Assembly (NCBI GenBank): GCA_000165425.1
Contig: CT868046.1
Coordinates: forward strand, 124,001-188,000
Source: Paramecium tetraurelia
Lineage: Eukaryota
DNA length: 64,000 bases
Reading direction: 5' to 3'
Shown here: positions 41,701 through 56,384 of the stretch, in pieces
Numbering within the stretch: the stretch's first letter is position 1
Layout: each line of letters begins with the position of its first letter
The notes under the pieces: model-generated
The model's database searches: none
What the model was told of the DNA's origin: nothing
What the model saw: the letters and a program-made list of their open reading frames with translations, nothing else
Position numbers and translations under genes: made by a program

Positions 41701-42957
41701 GTGAAATCATCATATCCCCAATAGCCATAAATGTCACTTTCTAAATGACAGGCAAAGGAGATCTAAAACTAAAATAGTCTGCCTTATTTTCATCCATAGC
41801 CTAAGCTTTGGGAGTTGCATTAACAGATGTAAGTGATGCACCAATTGTTATTTCAGGATGGCAACTCGAGAATTGTTTCGATACAATTCCAGGAATACTT
41901 AAGAAAATGTAGGAATTTTATCTTGCTGCAGGTTTGAAGTAACTAGGCAAATTAATTGGAAGCTTATCAATTATAGGTAATCCAATTAGTTTATTTAATA
42001 ATGTATCGACAGGCTTTAAAGATTTCATTGATAAGCCAGCTGCAGGATTAACTTAAGGTCCTTTAGAAGCTGGTTTGGGATTAGCCTAAGGAGCTGGATC
42101 ATTAGTATCTCATACTATATTAGGAGCAATAAACTCAGTTAACAAAATAGCTGGGAGTGTAAGTGGAGGTTTGGCAAATTTGGCTATGGATGAAAATTAT
42201 TTAAGAAAGAGAGAAAAGATGAAGATGTAGAAACCAAAGCATATTGGCGAAGGTCTAGGATAAGGAGCCCAATCAATAATGACAGGAATAACAGATGGAA
42301 TTGCTGGAGTATTCTTGAAACCCATATAAGAAACCAAAGAAAAGGGTTTGAAAGGAGTCTTTACTGGAACAGCTAAAGGATTTGCTGGACTCATCATAAA
42401 ACCAATAACTGGGGTTTTAGATGGATTCTCGTAAACAGCAGCTGGAATTCAAAATACAGTTCAATATTTTGAAGATAAACCTAATAATAATAGATCTAGA
42501 AATATCAGACCTGTTTATGGATATGAGGGATATATTACTGATTTCGTTTCACTTGATGCCGAAGCCTATGCTACTCTTTAGTTCATACGTAGGGGCTAAT
42601 TAATAAACAATAGATTTGTAGCATCCTACTTTTTGAATTCCGAACAGGATGGTTATTGCATGCTAGTCTTGACTATTGAGCATTTTATATACATGTCAGT
42701 AAAGACTAAGAAGAAAGTATAATTCCTATTTAAGTTTAGGTTTGGATATTGGCCTCAAATGAAATTACTCATTTAGAGATCGTTCCTTCAGGACTCAAGA
42801 TTTAAGTGAACAAACCTTAAAAACAATTGAAAGTATAGAATAATTAATTATTTAGAACAAATACATTACTTAATTAGTCTTAGGAGAAGACTTGAAATAT
42901 GATATCTTTTAGACTATGTAGAGCATATGGGATTCGGTAAAGGTAAATAAAAATTGA
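32768..42957 (+). CDS. VPS13: VPS13 family lipid transfer protein (~3,360 aa) with internal PH domain; 4 short introns
   Basis: Chorein-N start MFEKQLEKILNWVLGKFIDGFDAQNLHIGIWSGEV..NVALKP..LPI...VGKL.L.VPWKSL; later WEPIIE and SPY.IRN.TG motifs. C-terminal LIGSLSIIGNPISLF and GVFTGTAKGFAGLIIKPITGVLD (ATG2_C-like). No net frame change at the points checked between 33414 and 42715. Confidence 0.95.
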
Positions 42958-43003
42958 GTGGTTATTTAATTAAATAATAATTTATATTATCATATTCAAA
43001 CTT

Positions 43004-46000
43004 TCAATTCTCATCTAACTTAATTAATATTCTTTTTCCATATTTTAATATTTATTAATCCTTTGTTTATGCCTTATAATTAATGTTAAATTTACCAAGT
43101 TCATTTCGATTATCTATCTAATTTACAATTCTTCAAATTTTTTTCGACATTCAGGATAGGCACAAAGATTCCCTATAGAAAATAAGGATATTCTTGTTGG
43201 TTGAGACCCTTTGTCTGTTTTCACCAATTCTAACAATTAATGTAAAGCTCCATGTTTTATTAAATCCTTTGTTAAGGCATTAGAATTCCTTACAAAATTT
43301 CCTAATGCTCCAGCTGCATTTGCTCTAGTTTTTTCCTTATTATTTTAGATTATAAATATACTTCCTAATCTCTTAATAATTCAACTAACATTGGTACAAC
43401 TGGTCTTAACTATTCATACAATCTATCACTATGAAATCCTGCATTTCCAACTGCAAAACAAGCAAATTTACGTGTATGCTTATCTGGATCTTGGCAACAT
43501 TTGATGCAAAGATTAATTAAATCGAATTTGAGTAAGTGCTCATAAAAGAAGGAAGAATGTCGACACAAATTACCAATCAAATTGCAAACCTTTGCTCTAA
43601 CATTAGAATCAGGAGATTAGATTTACTATTTCAAGTCAGTATACAAATTAATCGAATGAATATTTGGATAAAAATCTTTACTAATCCTGGCTAGTTATGA
43701 CAAGATATTAATAGAATCAACACTCATTATTTAATATTTCTACAAAATAGCCAATCCATTGTTTTATACAAAACTTTATGCAAATTGTTTGTCTTCCTCA
43801 TTATTTCCAACTAATCTTGAAATGAATGAAATAACTAATGATATGTGATCTTTTTATAGATATTTTATCAAATTTAAAGTTAAAGCTACTATCTCTTGAT
43901 TACTCAATTCTTTAAAGACATTATCACAATTTTATTCTTAAAATGCCAAAATGAAAATTCGAATGATTTAAATGCTCATTACATTTACGCAAGCCAAACC
44001 TCCTCCACTTGAAGAAGGCCATTCTTGAATACTTTGTAATTAAGCTTCTTTTAAAAAGGAACATAAAATTCTGATAGAGTTTTCTTAAAAGATTAATTAT
44101 CCTAAGGCTTTGAAATTTGAGTATATTGAATCATGGATTAGAATTAATAAAGATACGAATCCTTTTGGAGATACATCATTCCTACTAGTAACATTTAATA
44201 AAATCTAAAACAATAATTGGTGTATTTCATATTTTTCCAATAATTAAAACAGATCTGTCAATTTCTTTTACTCCTTATTATATCTAAATAGTAATTTTTA
44301 TAACAATGTAATAACTCCATCAACGAATCCATAACTAGGACATCCAAAACTACTACCCTCTAGTTTTCTAATTTCCTCTGTTCTATTTTGTTTCTTATTC
44401 GGATTGACTAGTTCGCTTAATAGTTTGTAAGGTAGTTATTAACTAAAATAATTAAGTAATTGATTTGTAAAATTGGTTTCTTATTAAAGTAATTCTGCAA
44501 TCAACTGAATTGCTGATAAAGAAACAATAGGATTTAACTAAATATTATTCTCAAAAATTTCAATCACCTATTATAAATTAACTTAATATTCCTAATTTTT
44601 ATTCTTATATTATTAAACTAAGATCAACAAGGCAGTTCCTTAAAATAATGCTTCATCAGAATTAAGTGCTTGACTAATCAATTCCTTTGAAACATGGACA
44701 TCTTTACTAACTCTAATCATTTATAATAAAATTCTCAATACAGAGATTCTTGTTAAATTTTACTAGTCATCTTGTTCATTATAAATTTTCATATGATCAA
44801 TATCAGCATAAGCAGCAACTATCTGATTTTTCATTGATTCAAACAGAGGTAATGCCTCATTAAAATTTAAAATTTAAATTGAATATCCTTTTTTCCAAGG
44901 AAAACTAAATATTTCTCCATGAATAGGATGTATCAATACTCCAATTACTTAGGTAGCAAATTTGTGAAGGGTAATGTTATTTTTTGTCAATTTAGCAGTT
45001 TCTTAAGCTAAGTTATGTTCAACTAATTCTTTATAAAATAATACAGATCTTACTGGATTAAGACTAGCTTAATTAGCAAATATCCCAATAGTTTTGATTG
45101 TGTTAATTAATTCATTATTTTATCCAATCTTCAGAATTTGGGCAGTCATACCTATGAATTTAATAAATATATTGTCAATTCCAATATTTTTATCAAAGGT
45201 GGCTTTGGCCAAAAGTCCAATAGTTTTAATTAATTCAGATAGCAATTCAGAACTGCCTTATTTTAGAATACTCTTAACATGAGTAACCAATTAAATCGGA
45301 ATTTATTAATTTTTCACAACATCCAAGCCTTCTTATAAATTCCCTTTAGTTATGACTTATCCAAAGACTTTCAAAGCACAATGCAAAGATGGTTTCTTTG
45401 GAGGAGCTAATACTTGAAGCAATTTATCTAGAAATCCAGGATCGCACCTTAATTATGTAGCACCTTGAACATCATTGGCAATTTATTCACTTTTCACCCA
45501 ATATTCATCATTACAAGGCATTCTTCTAGGAGAGATATCTCTTGTATCTTTACCCTGATCGTAAGTTATGATATCTCTTGTAGGCGTTAAAGATCTTTTA
45601 CGTTTATCAATTACTTCATTTTCAACTCCAGCCCATTAGCTATATTATTCTAATCTTTTCTTCCTATCATATTTTTCTTAGTCAGACTCTTATATGAATG
45701 GATGGTTTAGTAGATCAGGCCATCCTAACCTATCAGAAGGTGTTTTATTGAGTAGCCCTTTTAAGAAACTTTTGAATTCAAGACTCATATTATCTGGATA
45801 TTTTACAGGATCCTTTATGATAAGTTGAATTAAAGAGTAAATTTGATTTGTATAGAATGGAGGTTAGCCAACGAAAAGTTCGTATAAAATCACACCCAAT
45901 GACCATAAATCAACTGTGTGATTATAAGGTTATTCTTAAACTAACTCTGGAGCCATGTATAGAGGAGTACCTTTGATTGAATGCAACACCTGAGTATTTG

Positions 46001-46480
46001 TTGACATCGCTCTTGCAAAACCAAAATCACACAATTTAACAATCCCATTCGCAGATAGTAAAATATTTTAGGGTTTCATATCCCTATGAATAATTCTGTT
46101 TGAATGCAGATAATGAAGTGCTCTAACCAATTATTATGCTATTTTTCTGACTTCACTTTCAGGAAGATTACGATCATCCTCCAAAATTTCATACAATTCT
46201 CCTTGTGCGAACTAATAAATAAAACAATATAAATTACTTCAGTTACTAAGCAAAATTCGCCTTGTGTCTCAAATGCATCTAATAATAAGATTATATTTTC
46301 ATGCTTCAATCTTCTCAATATTTCAATTTCCTATCTCAAATTTGCTAAGTCTTTTTCTGTTTTTCCCCTTTTACTTATGAACTTCAAAGCTGCCATTTAA
46401 TTGCTTTTCTTCTATCTTCCCTTAAATACCTTTCCAAATTAGCCTTCCCCGATTAAATGCAATACATGATAATTTTCCAT
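43004..46480 (-). CDS. STK36: Fused/STK36 (TIO-like) Ser/Thr kinase with C-terminal ARM/HEAT repeats
   Basis: [22 protein letters not shown]...[34 protein letters not shown]...[13 protein letters not shown]...HRDMKPQNIL...[25 protein letters not shown]-terminal [14 protein letters not shown] and [10 protein letters not shown] match Fused-family ARM repeats. Confidence 0.93.
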
Positions 46481-46572
46481 TTGATTTTAATTTATAATGT
46501 ATATGTTAATTTTAAATAACTTCTTATTTACTATAGAATATTTGATCAAAATAATATTCGTTTTTATAAGTA

Positions 46573-47352
46573 ATGAAAATTCAATTCCTTTTGGCATGCA
46601 TTGTTCTAGCGTCCACTCAATCTTCATTCCTTGAAGAATCCTTAATAAACAGATCGTTTGCCCCCATGATGAATATACTCATAGAGAAATCAACTGATCC
46701 AACTTAATAATAATAATTAGAAACAGCCACTCCTCCTGATACACTTCTCACAGCCACCCTTGATAGTTACATTGATGCTTCAAAATAATAATAAATTCTT
46801 ATTGCACAGCAATATGAGTAAAATTTACCAGCCAACGGTGATTGTATTATTCTTTATGGAGAATGTGAATATAAGGGACCATCTTTCAAATATTGTGATT
46901 AACCAGGAGAATACATCAAATTTGATATCCCTGTACATTCAGTTTACATCCCTATTGGGTATTTCATACATATATTTTAGAATGTCACTCAAAATTAAAG
47001 ATGCCCTCTAAGGAAATAAGCTTAATTTAATTTATAGTCATGAATGCATATCTGAAGGTATTCACATTCCAGAACCCAAAATTTATGAGGATCATCCAAA
47101 TGAATGGTTTGGTGAAATTAAAGAATCTGAAAAAGCTGTTCTAGATGCTGGAGAACTTGCAACTCCATAAATTAAATATTATGACAATGATGGAAAGGTC
47201 ATTTGTATATTAATAATATTATTTCATTAGCTAAAGAAGAATACTAAAAATTAGTCGAAGCTGATATATAGAGATCCCATAATTTCTATCTTGGAATTGT
47301 AGAATAGCCAGATTATTCTTAACCATAATAATAAACAGAATCTAATGAATGA
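46573..47352 (+). CDS. Secreted protein with beta/gamma-crystallin-like domain (candidate trichocyst/dense-core-granule cargo), 2 introns
   Basis: Signal peptide MKIQFLLACIVLAST. CIILYGECEYKGPSFKYC...VHSVYIPIG resembles the crystallin Greek-key motif of ciliate granule proteins. Confidence 0.65.
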
Positions 47353-47876
47353 AATATTCACATAGTAAACATAAATTAATATAATTTCCCTTCTTTGAAT
47401 TTATATAAGATTTGTTAGTAAATGCAGTATATTACCAGAATTATTTGTATTTTGAAAGGTTGAGCTAAATTTAATAATACAGTGTTTGATATATTCTAAG
47501 TTTGTTATTATCAAGGTTAAAACAATCAAAAATATTTTTGTATCGAAATCATATCTAGATTTCTTAATTAATGAAGGAATCCTGTATTTCGACGATATTG
47601 GATTAAAATAACCTTTATTTATGTTTTATAATTAATAGCCTTTGTTTTTATAAATTTTCTTATCTCCATATACTTCCAGAATAAAAAACCTATAAAAAAA
47701 TAACATTAAGCAAATTGAAATTTTAATGTACATATTTATTTTGAAAAAACGATTGTTTTCTTTATAAAAGCTGCAAAATTCTTTTGAAATATCATTTAAT
47801 AGTTTATTATGTAAATTCCTTCGATTAATTTCTGAATTTAGATGTAATAAGTAAGACATCTTTAAGATAACAATAA

Positions 47877-49400
47877 ATGCGCGAAAAATTTAGATGAGGT
47901 TATGTTTATTAGCAGATCATTAGTTAATAACAGGAGTAGAAAATTATTTCTGAAATACATAATAAAGTCTTATGATTATTGAAGAATTTGAAAAAGGATT
48001 AATCAAATTTTAGGCAATAAATAGAAGAAAAAAGTGGTAGAAAATGTGGATATTTTAAAGAATTTTATAGGTAATATTGTTTAGCTAGAGAAAACTGTTA
48101 CTACAAAATTAAAGATACTCATTTAGTGTATTGATAATTTTATCGAAAAAAATTTACCTACAAAGATAGAAACCCTGTAAAAAGTAAATTTCAGTAATTT
48201 AGATAATATAGAATAATTTAATTGTTCAAATATATTTGACAAAATAAAACAATCTAATGAATTAGATATACGGGCTTTCAAATTTTGAATTTTTAGAGTA
48301 GAACAAAAATTAGTAGAATTAATTGATTCATAGGATAATAACTATTAATAATTTCTAGACCAAGAAGATATTTAAGATTTTTAATTAAATCAGCTAACAA
48401 AAATTAAGAAATGATTGGGTTTTTGAAAAGGATTAAGGTCAATTAAAGATTATAGATCTGAAAGAAGAAGAAGTTCAAAAAGGGATATAATTCTGGTGGC
48501 AAATATTTTTAGTTAACAACATAAAAATTACCAACTAAGTTAAAAATATGAAGATTAAGTTTTTAACAAATTATAAAAATTAAATAAAATTTTCTAAGAT
48601 TCTATAACAAATATTAGGAGATTTAAGACCAGTTTACATTTCAATTAATGATATTCTAAAATCAGAGTCTTAAACATATAAATACTTTAAGAGGAACAGA
48701 GCATACTAATAATAATGACAGATTTCCATAATACTTCATAAAAATAAGAATATAAGCGAATTTAATACGAGCAAATGAAGGATTATTTAATTTATGAGTC
48801 AAACTTAATTCTATGATATTCTGTTTTGATTCCTCAAAATTTATTATAGGATATACAGATGGAAAAATTAAGGTATTTGAATTTATATTTGAAAAATTAT
48901 GTTAAAGGTAAGAGTTGCATGAATCTAGGTGAGGTTGATTGTTTAGAATCAAAAAAAAGATTCTTTGGATTTATAACTGGAACCAAGGACAAAATCATTA
49001 TTGTATGGAAAGAAATTGTAATGGAAAAGTCTTTGCTATAGATAAAAGCTCACCCAAAACCCTGGCATAATTCATTTTTTAACAATCAACATAGATGAAA
49101 ATCTCATAATTTTAGGTTGTGATAAGGTAATCCTTATATGGATTAAGGAGAAGGATAAGGATTGGATGCTTTCATATTTGATAACAGAAAATATAGGTTA
49201 AGTCCCAAGTATAAGTTTGAATAATTCACAAGATTTATTCATTGCTTCAATTAAAATTTTCAAATCAATTTTCATATTTAAAAAGCTATAAAAGATTTAT
49301 GGTCAGTATAATAAACGATCAAAACAGATGATTGGGCATATAATCTATTATTTATAGACAATTCTTTATTTACATTTCAAGTATTTTAGTAAGCTATTTA
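47877..49400 (+). pseudogene. Degenerate WD40-repeat gene (coiled-coil N-terminal region)
   Basis: WD-like fragments FIIGYTDGKIKVFEF, FITGTKDKIIIVWKE and LIILGCDKVILIWIKE are not all in one frame, and in-frame TGAs occur without obvious introns to remove them. Boundaries are approximate. Confidence 0.5.
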
Positions 49401-49484
49401 TAAAGTAGGAAATTATATATTTAATTTTAATAATCAAGGTTAGATATATAAATAATAACAATTTATATATACATATAAACAATT

Positions 49485-52400
49485 TCATATTTTTCTAATT
49501 TCCAGAGGTATTGTTTCAAATATTGTTATTTTTTTATTTGGCTATTTTTATGTGCATGCTTTTATGAGTTTATCCTTAATGACTCTTAATTACTATGCCA
49601 AATCAAAGACTACAGAAAATATTAAGATAAAAGTAAATATTGCAATATGGAACCATCCTACGATATATTTTTAGTCTAAAGTTAGATTAGGCATTGAATA
49701 CAAAATGAAGAAACTAGTGGCCAAAGTGATTTTGGATTCCACAAATATCATTTTGTAGTACTCGTAACAATTTGTCATAGGTCTCTTAGATACAAGGTAT
49801 AAAGCAAATGAAATATGAGTAATCGAAATAAGGGTTGTTTGTAATTATCCAGATTATTGCATAAAAATGAGTAAAAGCATAAATACTAATTTTTTAATTA
49901 ATAGTAGCGAATTGAATTATCTAGCCCACAATCCATGATTTTCTGTGACTCCTTCAGATAAAACAGTGAATTAATCAGAAATACCATTTGATTACTAGTT
50001 TTGTTTTGATAACATCAAGAATATGATGGTTAATACTAGGCAGAATGACATTCCAGCAATTAAGACACTAACTGATGTAATAAAGAGGTGAAATTCAGGG
50101 TAATATAACTAAAGCAAGACAGTAAAAAGAATTTCATATGTATTGGTAAGAAAAATTCTAATTATTCCAGAATAGAAAAAGTAAATTTAGAATCTTACTA
50201 ATAATCGATATAATTAAGTCAATTTTAAAAAGTATTTATGGTTGTATAAATAGTGGATATATTTGTTTATAGCATGAATGAGTAATAAGCTAGCATAAAA
50301 GGATGCAAAGGTAGTACAGAAAATCATCATGGAGATTCCAAAATTATAAAAGTAAAATGCATTAATACTGTCTTCTTTAAACTTGTTAGTGGTTTCAATG
50401 AATATAGTTTCACCGAAACTAAATAGATTGACGATTGTTTAAAAGTGGATGAAATCTAAAAATGGTTGTAAAGTTATTACTCTAAATAAATCAAAGAATG
50501 AATTCAAGTTAGTGGGAAATTGTATATTGATATACTTAATATATGATAAATACTGAACCATGTCTAATAGATTCCAAAATATATCTAAGTTTCTAGTGAG
50601 AACAGAAATTAAAGCTATGGCTAAAAGTATGTAGAGCAATATTGAATTAACAATAGTGGAAGTTGATGATATCGTTTTATCTAAGGCTGATTCATAATAG
50701 CATGTAAATAAACGAATATTTTACTTGGTTTTGACAGGATGCTAATTATTTTCATCAATAAATTCTGAAGGTTTAAAAGAGACCAATAGCGATGGACTCT
50801 CCACACTTACAAAGAACTCAACATTGATTACATACAGTACAGGATCAAAGGTAGTGGTTGAGTAAGTGTTGTTATTTACTATATCTATTTTATATAGATT
50901 TGGATTCAAATTTAGGATGTTAGCTTCAATGAGATTGTAATTAGATTTATTATTTACACCCAGATACTTAAGATTGGATGTAAATGATAACTAAGTGGAC
51001 TGTTTCAAATTTGGAGCAATAGTTAATAGTGTTAAGACCATGGAAGGCTATTGAGTAAACTCGCAAACAGATGGTAAATTTACGTTATTGACACAATTCC
51101 AACTTTCCTCGATCATGCAACCAGATGAGCATCCATCAAAGGAATCGATATTAGCATCATCGCATTATTCATACTATATATCAGTTGTAGCTACAACTAT
51201 GCCATCTCCACAAATAACTTCACATTGTCCTTATATTGATATTGTCCATCCAAATTAACACTCTAAACAGAGTCCTTGGGAACATAAATTGCAGGCGTAA
51301 TGACACTGATATTAGCAATTGTAACATCCATCATACTTATCAAAGTTCCCATCATCACATTGTTCTTTCCCTTAAACAATTTCATCACCACATTTTGTAG
51401 TACAATTATCATTATTATCTAAGTAATATCCTTACTCATAGTCACATTCTACACAAATACCTTCTTAACATATTAAACACCCAATCACACAACTATATTA
51501 ACAATTATAACATCCATCATTTGCTCTAAGATTACCATCATCACATTACTCAACATCTAAGTTAACAATCCCATCCCCACAACTATTTTGACACCGTGTT
51601 TCGTAACACTTCCCTTAATACCAGATGCATGTTAAGCCATATTTATCAAGAGAGCATGATTCTTGATTATCGTAATCCGAACAATCATCAATCATAACAC
51701 ATTTATTCTAAACAGTACTAAATGTGCAAGTAGCCATAAAATTCTGACATTAAGGATGGTTATGATAATATTGAACATCAGCTAATTCACACTTTCGATT
51801 AACACATTAGTTATTGTACCACAAACATTAAAACCCTTATCTTGAGATTGTACATTGATAATCAAATCGGAAATCGCTGCAACTATATGAGGTAATACAT
51901 TAAACACCATTGGTGATGCATGCACCATCGAGGATCGCTTTGCAATATTTATCACTTTAATAGAAAAAGTCTTCACATACAGTCATTTGACATCCTTGGA
52001 CACAATTTCTTTAGGTATTATCTCTAATATTGAGAAATTTGCAAGTGTTGTTGTTGTAGCTATTGCAAGTTGCTTTGTCTTAGCAACCGGATCCAGAATT
52101 CGCTAAGGTGCATTGATTTAGTAATGATTCACAACCAAGTGCAGTTGTGACAGTACTATCAATATTGGAACATGTAAGTTATTTACATACTCCATATTAT
52201 TTGCTCCAGTAACATTTATTCCTACTTGCATCTATTACGCATTGAGTTCTAAATGCTAAATTACAAGTCACTGGTATATTTGTACATCCCCCTTGAACTT
52301 AGGAGATGGTACAGACTTGATTGGTTGGAGATATGAATTATTCACATTTAGTGATTGTATCAATCTCTTGGGGTGCTGTTGTGCAATCCACAATATTAAT

Positions 52401-55400
52401 ACATTATGTCTCTTGATAGTTGACTGTGCAAGTGGTTAACCATTATGAGCAACTCGTGTGATTAAAAACATTAAAAGGATAATTAGAACAAGTCTTACTT
52501 ACACAAGCATTACTGATCCAAGCACAATTGTTTAGGGATAAATCTGTTGTTGCATTACACAAAGTTTCACTTAAATAAGAATTGCAAGTTGCTAATTTAC
52601 TTTAACAAGTGCCTCCGATTAGATTGCATTTACTGAATTGCTCACATGATAATGGAGGTGACACTAATGAACTATATTAAGAGCATTAGGCATCTATACA
52701 AGAAGCTCCATTCCAGTGACAATAATTATTGGCTGTGATGAGTGCATAATCACATAATTATTAAGTCGTATAAAGATTACAAGTGGCTAATATAGTTCTA
52801 CAACCATTTAATGTTGTATTTAACACGCATAGCTTATTAAATTATTGGCAGATCTGATTGCTATAAACTCCATTTAAAGTTACATAAGTTGAACATTGAT
52901 TGTAAATACAAGTAGATGTACTCAAGTCCCAATAACACAAATTTCCATAAATATCTTTTGTACATTAATAAATCGATGTATATTAAGAACAACTCCCTTT
53001 TTTAGTTTGACAGTAACTATTTTTATCACTAAAGGTATATTTAATTACACATCCATTGTTTTAATTATTACAATCCTCAAATGTCAAAGGATTCTTAATT
53101 CCAGAACATTAGTACTGTTCGCTACAGACACTATCTGCCCATAAACACTTATTTCCACTCTTTAAAATAACTTATGAACATAGTAATTGTGTTGTTGCAG
53201 TACTACAGACATTTTATTTGCATAGGGTTGTGTCCCAATAACAATAAGTTAAACTTTAACAGCTTGTTAGATTTAGTTAGAATTTACATTCCGATTTATT
53301 TTGGCATACACTATTACTCCATGTACATTAGTTGAGTTTGTTACAATATTCCATTTGGGTATACTCATCACACGATTTGAATTCACATCCAACAGTGGTC
53401 TTGGATAATCTACATAAGTCATATTTTATGCATTGATATTCGTTGTATGTATTAGTGAAAGCATTAGTACAATCAAAATAGTCAACACAAGAGGAATTCA
53501 ACCATAAGCATTTAAGGTTGGAACTATTATAAGCTAATTGGCAATAAATCTCATTAGTAATCTGATTGCAATTAGTGATATCTACACAATTGGAGGTTCC
53601 TTCAATACATTTATTATTATACAGCAAACAGCTGTTGGCACCACTGATCTGCGAACATTAGATTGTTTAACAAGAAGTCCCATTCCATGAACAATATGAT
53701 CCACCTGATACTTTGCCTGATACGCATACTGTTGAACCAGATGATGTTAAATCATTGCAGTTCAATAGAGTTGCACATTTAGTTCCATTGTAATAGCAAA
53801 AACTTTAAAAAGATTAGCAATTTGCCATGTTGGCTGTACCAACAAAATCAGTACATAACTTTTCAACACATGTTCCTGCGGTCCCAATTTTACATTAAAC
53901 ATTTTAAACTGTAATGGCATTGCAGTTTATATGAGATCCGTTGCATTTATTTTGAGAATAACATTTACCATTATATGAAACACATTTATCACCTGTGGGC
54001 AATTTAACTGTACCATTAATAGATGCACAGAGAGTTTAATCCTTGATGAACTCACAATTATTAGAATTCATGCAACCTATACCTGTAACAATATTGAGAA
54101 TGCAATCAGGATTATGCTTTTGGCAATCGTAATTACTTGTAGCATCAGTAATCCATTCACATAGATTTGCTAATATTTGAGCACAACATCCATTACCATA
54201 ATAGCAGTACGTAGTTTAACATCTTGGAATGGTTTCATTACATACAATGGCATTTAAGATTGAATCACATTTTTATGGTCTGCTTATGCAACCTACATTG
54301 TCTAAATAGCATTGTTGATAATTAAGATAGTAAGTACATTCTCTTTCAGTGGTAGCAGTAGTATTATCTTCACAAACAACATCTTCGCATTTTTCATTAA
54401 CTGAGTTCCATTTACATGGTTAATCACTATTATTAATCTTACAGTCCAATTTATTTTTGTATGCTGAACAATAGGTCTTAAAAATACAAACTGCAATTAA
54501 ATTATTAAGTTGACAGGTTGAATCAACCGTCTAACACTCATTTATATCCACAGTCTCATTAGAATATCCATTGCATTTCTTAACACATTATATTCCATCC
54601 CAAAAACATAATTAATTATCAATACCTACCACACATTGATGTTAAAGGAAATAGCTTTCGCAATTAAGTCTGGGTTCACATCCATAAACCTTTTAAATTA
54701 CTGTGCATAAACCATTGAATCTATTGCATTTTTCATGTCCATCATATTGACTTGTATTGCTAGCAACATTGCATAAAGTATTGTTCTGCTGAGGTTAACA
54801 TAAAGAACCTGTCCATTCACAATAGACTCCTGATTATAATCCAATATAACATTATTATTCGCTTATTAGTTCTAAACAATTATTTGGCCAATCTTGACAA
54901 GAAGTTCCAAATTCATTTATTATGCAATCACTTTTCCAAACTTAGCAATCTTAATGAGTTGTAAAATTTCCCATTCCACAAGTTTTGTCTTGACACTTAT
55001 CATCTAAGAAAATACATTATATTCTATCTAATGTGCTTTTACATTAAGAAGCATTATTATAATCTGAACAATTTTAGTTCTTATAAACACAACCAGTTCC
55101 AGTATTCGAATCTTTCAATTCAACAGTACAATCAATATTCCATTGCTCACATTGAGTATGATTATTGTAATTTTTAGGAGCCTTTGAACAATATGCAATT
55201 GTACATGAATAAAATTGACATATATCACCAGATTTTTATTTATAACAATAAGTCATGTCTGTTACTGATTAACAATATTATGGCAAATCAATACAATATC
55301 CATTTAAATCACCAACACATGAAAGGTCATCTTTCCATAAAGCACAAGCAGTATATTATGGTGCAATTTGACAAGTCTTCAACACACATTAATTACTTGT

Positions 55401-56384
55401 CCACAAACATTATTATTATGCAGAATCAAGCTAACAAGAATCTTCAGTTTCGAATTAAATGCAATTTTAAGGTCTAGATTTACAATTCCCTGATTAAGTT
55501 GGCACACAATCCAATTCCTAAAAATAGCTATAACAATCATTTCCGATTGGAATTTATTAACAAACTTTTTTTATGCAAATTATTCCCGTCCAAAAACATT
55601 CATTACCATCAACATCTATTACGCAACCATTGATGTGTGTAATGTCTTGACACTATTGTCTCAGAACACAATTAAAACCATTTGTAGTGCAAGATGATAA
55701 AAATTATTTACATTATTTGTCTGTAGAAAATTATGCATTCAAACAGATTTTTTCCATACATTTACCTTTCATTTAGTTCCAAAAGCATTCCTTTCCATCA
55801 ATTGTATTGAAACATTGGAATATCTTATATTCAATACATTAAGAGGCTTTAGCTGTACAGAAACCTTTCTAATCTATTGTACATTAACTTATTGCATTTT
55901 CACATTAAATATGCGATTTCAATATTGGTAAATCAGAACATTCAAATATCTTAAAACAATTTGGAGTTTATTTTGTATTCCATTAGCAATATCCTTAATG
56001 TAAATCTTGATTTTTGCATGCTTCTTATGTTAAATAATTTTGGCATTCACTTTTTTATATACAAGTGCTCCCATCTGATATGCAATTTATTGATGACGCA
56101 CATTTATCAATTGCGAATATTTCACAGCCTTTGAAATCCATACATGAACCATCCTTAAATGCACAATCTTCCTATTAAACGCATTCTTCCGATAAAAACT
56201 AGTCACATTTGTTTTCAATTTTACTGATATAAGATGGATTGTTATCACACATTTTGTTTAACCATTGACATCTTTTAGAGATCTCACAAGTGAATTAATC
56301 AGGAATTTGAAAGCATTGACATTATTGAAGTTAGGTATTAATAGTTCTGAATAACAATAAATAAGGTAAGATGTATTATATCAT
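49485..56384 (-). CDS. Large Cys-rich surface protein (2,299 aa): surface-antigen-like C.W repeats, CGDG..CDDGN (Myxococcus-type/DUF4215-like) repeats and a multi-pass C-terminal membrane domain
   Basis: Apparently a single exon: start, stop and the track ORFs at 50439 and 53328 share one frame. N-terminal hydrophobic leader and many CxW.G..C units. Three CGD..V...CDD.N...DGC units at about 51100-51600. TM region includes FWNLLDMVQYLSYIKYINIQFPTNL. Confidence 0.85.

Noticed and set aside
46430..46455. GEGQFG instead of GEGSFG in the STK36 Gly-rich loop
   Set aside because: This is a variable position, and the catalytic K, HRD and DFG are intact.
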